Source: Octopus vulgaris (taxonomy: Eukaryota). From it: 64,000 nt of DNA. Below are positions 60,056-64,000 of the stretch, piece after piece. A program made the translations under genes and the position numbers. The notes beneath the pieces were generated by a model. That model was not told the origin of the DNA and did not search any database. It was given only the letters and a program-made list of their open reading frames with translations. Position 1 is the stretch's first letter; each line of letters begins with the position of its first letter. The DNA lies in the NCBI GenBank assembly GCA_951406725.2, contig OX597833.1, forward strand, positions 66,960,001 through 67,024,000, written 5' to 3'.

Positions 60056-60280
60056 GCTGACGGTGCGTGGCTTAGTGGATAGGGGTCTTCGGCTCAAGAT
60101 CATATGGCCGAGAGTTCGAGTCCAAACGACGCGGTGTGCCCTTCGGCAAGACGCTTTATTTAACATTGCATAATTCCACTCAGTTGGCAAAACTAAGGTG
60201 TACCAGTAATTCAAAAGGAGACCAACCTCGTCACAACCTGTGTCCCATTAAATCTCCCCGGGATCTACTTTGAGGTTACA
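60056..60280 (+). mobile_element. Decayed tRNA SINE with CORE-like body and family-R type-1 tail
   Basis: GTGGCTTAGTGG (A box), GAGTTCGAGTCC (B box), TGTGCCCTTCGGCAAGACGCTTTA...CCACTCAGTTGG, then a tail resembling the reverse complement of 7920-8000. Confidence 0.6.
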
Positions 60281-60324
60281 CACACAAACACACACACACA
60301 CACATATACATACACACACATACA

Positions 60325-60470
60325 CGACGGTCTTCTTTCACTTTCTGTCTTCGACATCTACTCTCAAGCCATTGGTCAATCAGAGGCTAATGTAGTGACG
60401 TACCCAACGTGCCACCGAACCATGTGGGTGGGAAGCAAGCTTCTTACCACGCAGCACCGCCTGCGCCTAC
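60325..60470 (-). mobile_element. SINE family B, 5' half (decayed)
   Basis: ACCATGTGGGTGGGAAGCAAGCTTCTTACCACGCAGC...CTGCGCCT. Confidence 0.7.
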
Positions 60471-60502
60471 ACACAACCACGCCAGAGTCACATGTATACA
60501 TA

Positions 60503-60599
<97 letters not shown>

Positions 60600-60600
60600 G

Positions 60601-60683
<83 letters not shown>

Positions 60684-61968
60684 TCAAGGTAGAAAATGCT
60701 AAAATAATTTCATAAAAAACATTTCAGTACCGGTTTCAATCATTGACACTTTTTCAACTATAGAAAAAAAGTGTGCCTAAAGCCAGCTGGAGACGATGGT
60801 CTCCTGGGGCTAAAAGCCACAGTAACACCCACCCTTAGGGGTTAGCCATATTGAGATGGCTAGTATACTTTACGTTGTCGAGCAGTTACTGTTTACATCT
60901 CGTTCAGAGATTTATTATTAATTAAATAATTGAATTTAGCAAAATTAAAAGAAAGGTTTTTTTAAAGGATATTTGTATAATGTTCAAATACAAGTGGCAT
61001 TTTCCTTGTTTCTGCCTGTCTCTGTCTCTCTTGTTTACTCACATATATATATGTGTATGTGTGTATGTATATATATATATATATACGCATATTTCTATAT
61101 GTATACATGGATGTGTGTGTGTGTGTGCATAGTAGATTGCGATAATTACTTCGTCAGATGTTTTCTTTATTTGCCCAATCTCCTTCTCTTCCTATCCTTC
61201 CAAAATCTTCACTTACACATCCATTCACACACACACATACGCCCAAGCCTCAAACACGAACACAACCACAAACAGAAGATAACACTATGGCTCTACCTCC
61301 TCATATTTCCTGTTGTTGGTTTTGTTCCCTCCAATTGTTTTCCCTCATCCTCTCACGCTTTTCCGTTTTATCTCTGTTTCTTCACCGCTATCATATTCAA
61401 TTCCCACATTTCTGCGCCCATCTCACTCTTTCCTCCCTGTCTCTCTCTTCCTATCACCCACCCGTTATCACACCCCCTTTTTCCCTCTCTGCCTCTCTCA
61501 GTCACCCGCCGACATTTCTGAATCTCTCTTACATAATTGCTCTATTAATTATTATTTGCATTTTCCGTGACTGCAAGCTTAGCACTGATGTAAGCATGCC
61601 GAGTTTATTAAATTTCATCAGACGTCTTCCCTACTCATTCCCTATCTCCTCGCCTTTCTGATTTCAATAGCAGACATGTTCGCGTGTATGCATGTATTTA
61701 GGCAGACATCAAAGTCTTTAGATATATATGCGGGAGAATACTACGGTAAGTCTGCTTCCCTCTTCAAGAGACTATAGATATGTATGCATATCCTCGCGTG
61801 TGTGTGTATGTATATAACGATATATATAACGACATTTGCGTATAGTTTACACATGGTTAATAATATACATATATATACATAAGTATGTTCATATGTATAT
61901 ATATACATGTGTATGTGCGTACGTATGTGTTTGTGTATACGTGTATATATAAATATGTGTATATATAT

Positions 61969-62013
<45 letters not shown>

Positions 62014-62192
62014 TCGTGTATATATTTACGCACATACAAGCATACATAAATACTTACACACACACACACACACACACACTCGCACAGACACGTATATATA
62101 CATTACGTATGTATATATTTATGTATTCTTGTATGTATATATATATATACGTGTATGTGTGTATGGATATATATATATATATATATATATAT

Positions 62193-62241
<49 letters not shown>

Positions 62242-63563
62242 TTATGCGTCTATGTGTGTGTATGTGTTTCCTATGTGGTCTTTTATCTGCTTTACGGAAA
62301 TTAAGTAGACATTTTTTTTCTATTATTTATTTCAAATTTATATTTCAGTTTCTGTTTTATTCTAATTATCTCAATACTTGCAACCAGGCTGTTTCAACAT
62401 TTATTTTCATCTTCGGTGCAATGCGCTTCATTAAATTTACTATCCCCAAGATTTCATAATCAATAGCAAAAAAAAAAAAAAAATTAACTATTTGTTGAAA
62501 TCTACTGGATTTTGCTGTTTAATTTCAAAGAAGTTAAAAAGATAGGTAGATAGCAAAGTTTTAGTACATATTGGCAGACCACAACGCCAAGCATCGTCAA
62601 GGACATAATTTGTTGTCCGGGAAACATATTCTCGTAACGTAAAATATGAACTGGTTTATTACAATAGACTAAACCTTTGGTATGTTTTCCTAATATGGCA
62701 ACCCACTATAACTGAAATCAAATAACGAAAGGGTTATAAATTTCAAACATTACTTATTTGAACATTCAATGAAAATCAATGGTGGTATTAAAAGAAAATA
62801 TTCTATATTCTTTCCCTAATCCGCCACACTAGACTAGGAAATGACATTTGTTTGCCATAATACTTCTCAGCAAAATGTTACAATAATATATTTTTTTCAT
62901 TCTTCAGTGTCAGGTTATTTATAGTGGAATCGTTAATTCCCTTATCGTAGCTAGAAAGTGTTCGGTTTTGAGATGTCTTAGACTTATTTCAATGGAATAA
63001 AGTTAAGGAAATAGCGTTATTTATTCAACTCCATTTGTGATTAATAGACATGACCTGTCAATCTGGCTACGGTAAGATGGAATATATTTTAGAGAACGGA
63101 AATGAGAAATTGTGTTCAATAAGATTGATCAGTCGTTGATAAATTAATGTTGGTTGTGTGAAAAGAAGAAACACACTGATTTTACAAGTATATCGTGTTT
63201 GATTTAAACCAGAAGGTGAAAATAATCAGATATATTGGGCTCTCCTGTCGCAGACGACAGACGAGAATTCTGTAGAATCTTTGTTTATAGTGATCGACTG
63301 TTTGTGATGTACATTAGACCATTTCCTCCATCAAATCGACGTTGCTTGAACAGGTGCTCGATGTGACACACGTTAGATGCCGAAGTGATCGCAAAGCAAC
63401 GGGAAATGAATTTTTTTTTAATGTTTCTTTCGTCTCTTTGCTCGACAATAGAATGCTCCACCTAGGTCTGGAAGCGAAATCACGATTTCGCAAACCCATG
63501 AGCAATTATGCGTGTGTGTGTGTGGGGGGGAGGGGAGTTTGTAAGTATGTTCTTTTAGCATGC

Positions 63564-63598
<35 letters not shown>

Positions 63599-64000
63599 AT
63601 ACAAAATGGGACAAGATCGCAAAACATCCGGACAGCTAGGTGATACAAAAAGGGACAACAAAACATCCAGATAGACGATACAAAAAAACAAGTACGTGTC
63701 ATTCGAAGTTTTCTATCCTCAGTCAAGAACCGGATCATCCTCGCAATTTCGGCTGACTAATCTTGATTTGATTGCTCCAATCTGGTCACCCGCAAGGAAA
63801 AACTAAGCTAAGAGCACTAGATTCCTCGGAAGAAAGCATGTGTGTGTGTGTATATGTGGATGTATGTGTGTATGTGTGTGCGTGTGCGTGTGTATAAAGA
63901 ACTAAGGACTAAAGCATGGATACAAACTATTTTTCTGTTTGACTTCCCCCAAAATTCTTTTTAATGTTTGATAAGATGGATACATTGAAAACGGTTACAA

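Overview
Eukaryotic, AT-rich, repeat-saturated DNA with no recognisable host protein-coding gene. Almost every ORF in the track is a translation of a microsatellite or SINE. The tRNA-derived SINE families and extreme microsatellite load resemble an octopus/cephalopod genome (recalled from memory, not searched). Contents: three or four SINE families in many copies, a decayed R4/Dong-type retrotransposon inside a (TAA)n array, an RTE LINE 3' fragment, mariner fragments in inverted arrangement and a Helitron-like 3' end. The most interesting signal is a set of short elements ending in (TA)n that carry hammerhead-ribozyme motifs (Penelope-pLTR/retrozyme-like) and often form inverted pairs. One, at 52751-52836 (-), folds as a complete canonical type I hammerhead. 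Also notable are a perfect 134-bp spacerless palindrome and a 1.5-kb SINE concatemer bounded by a single 16-bp direct repeat. Coordinates were read by eye, so ends of decayed elements are approximate.
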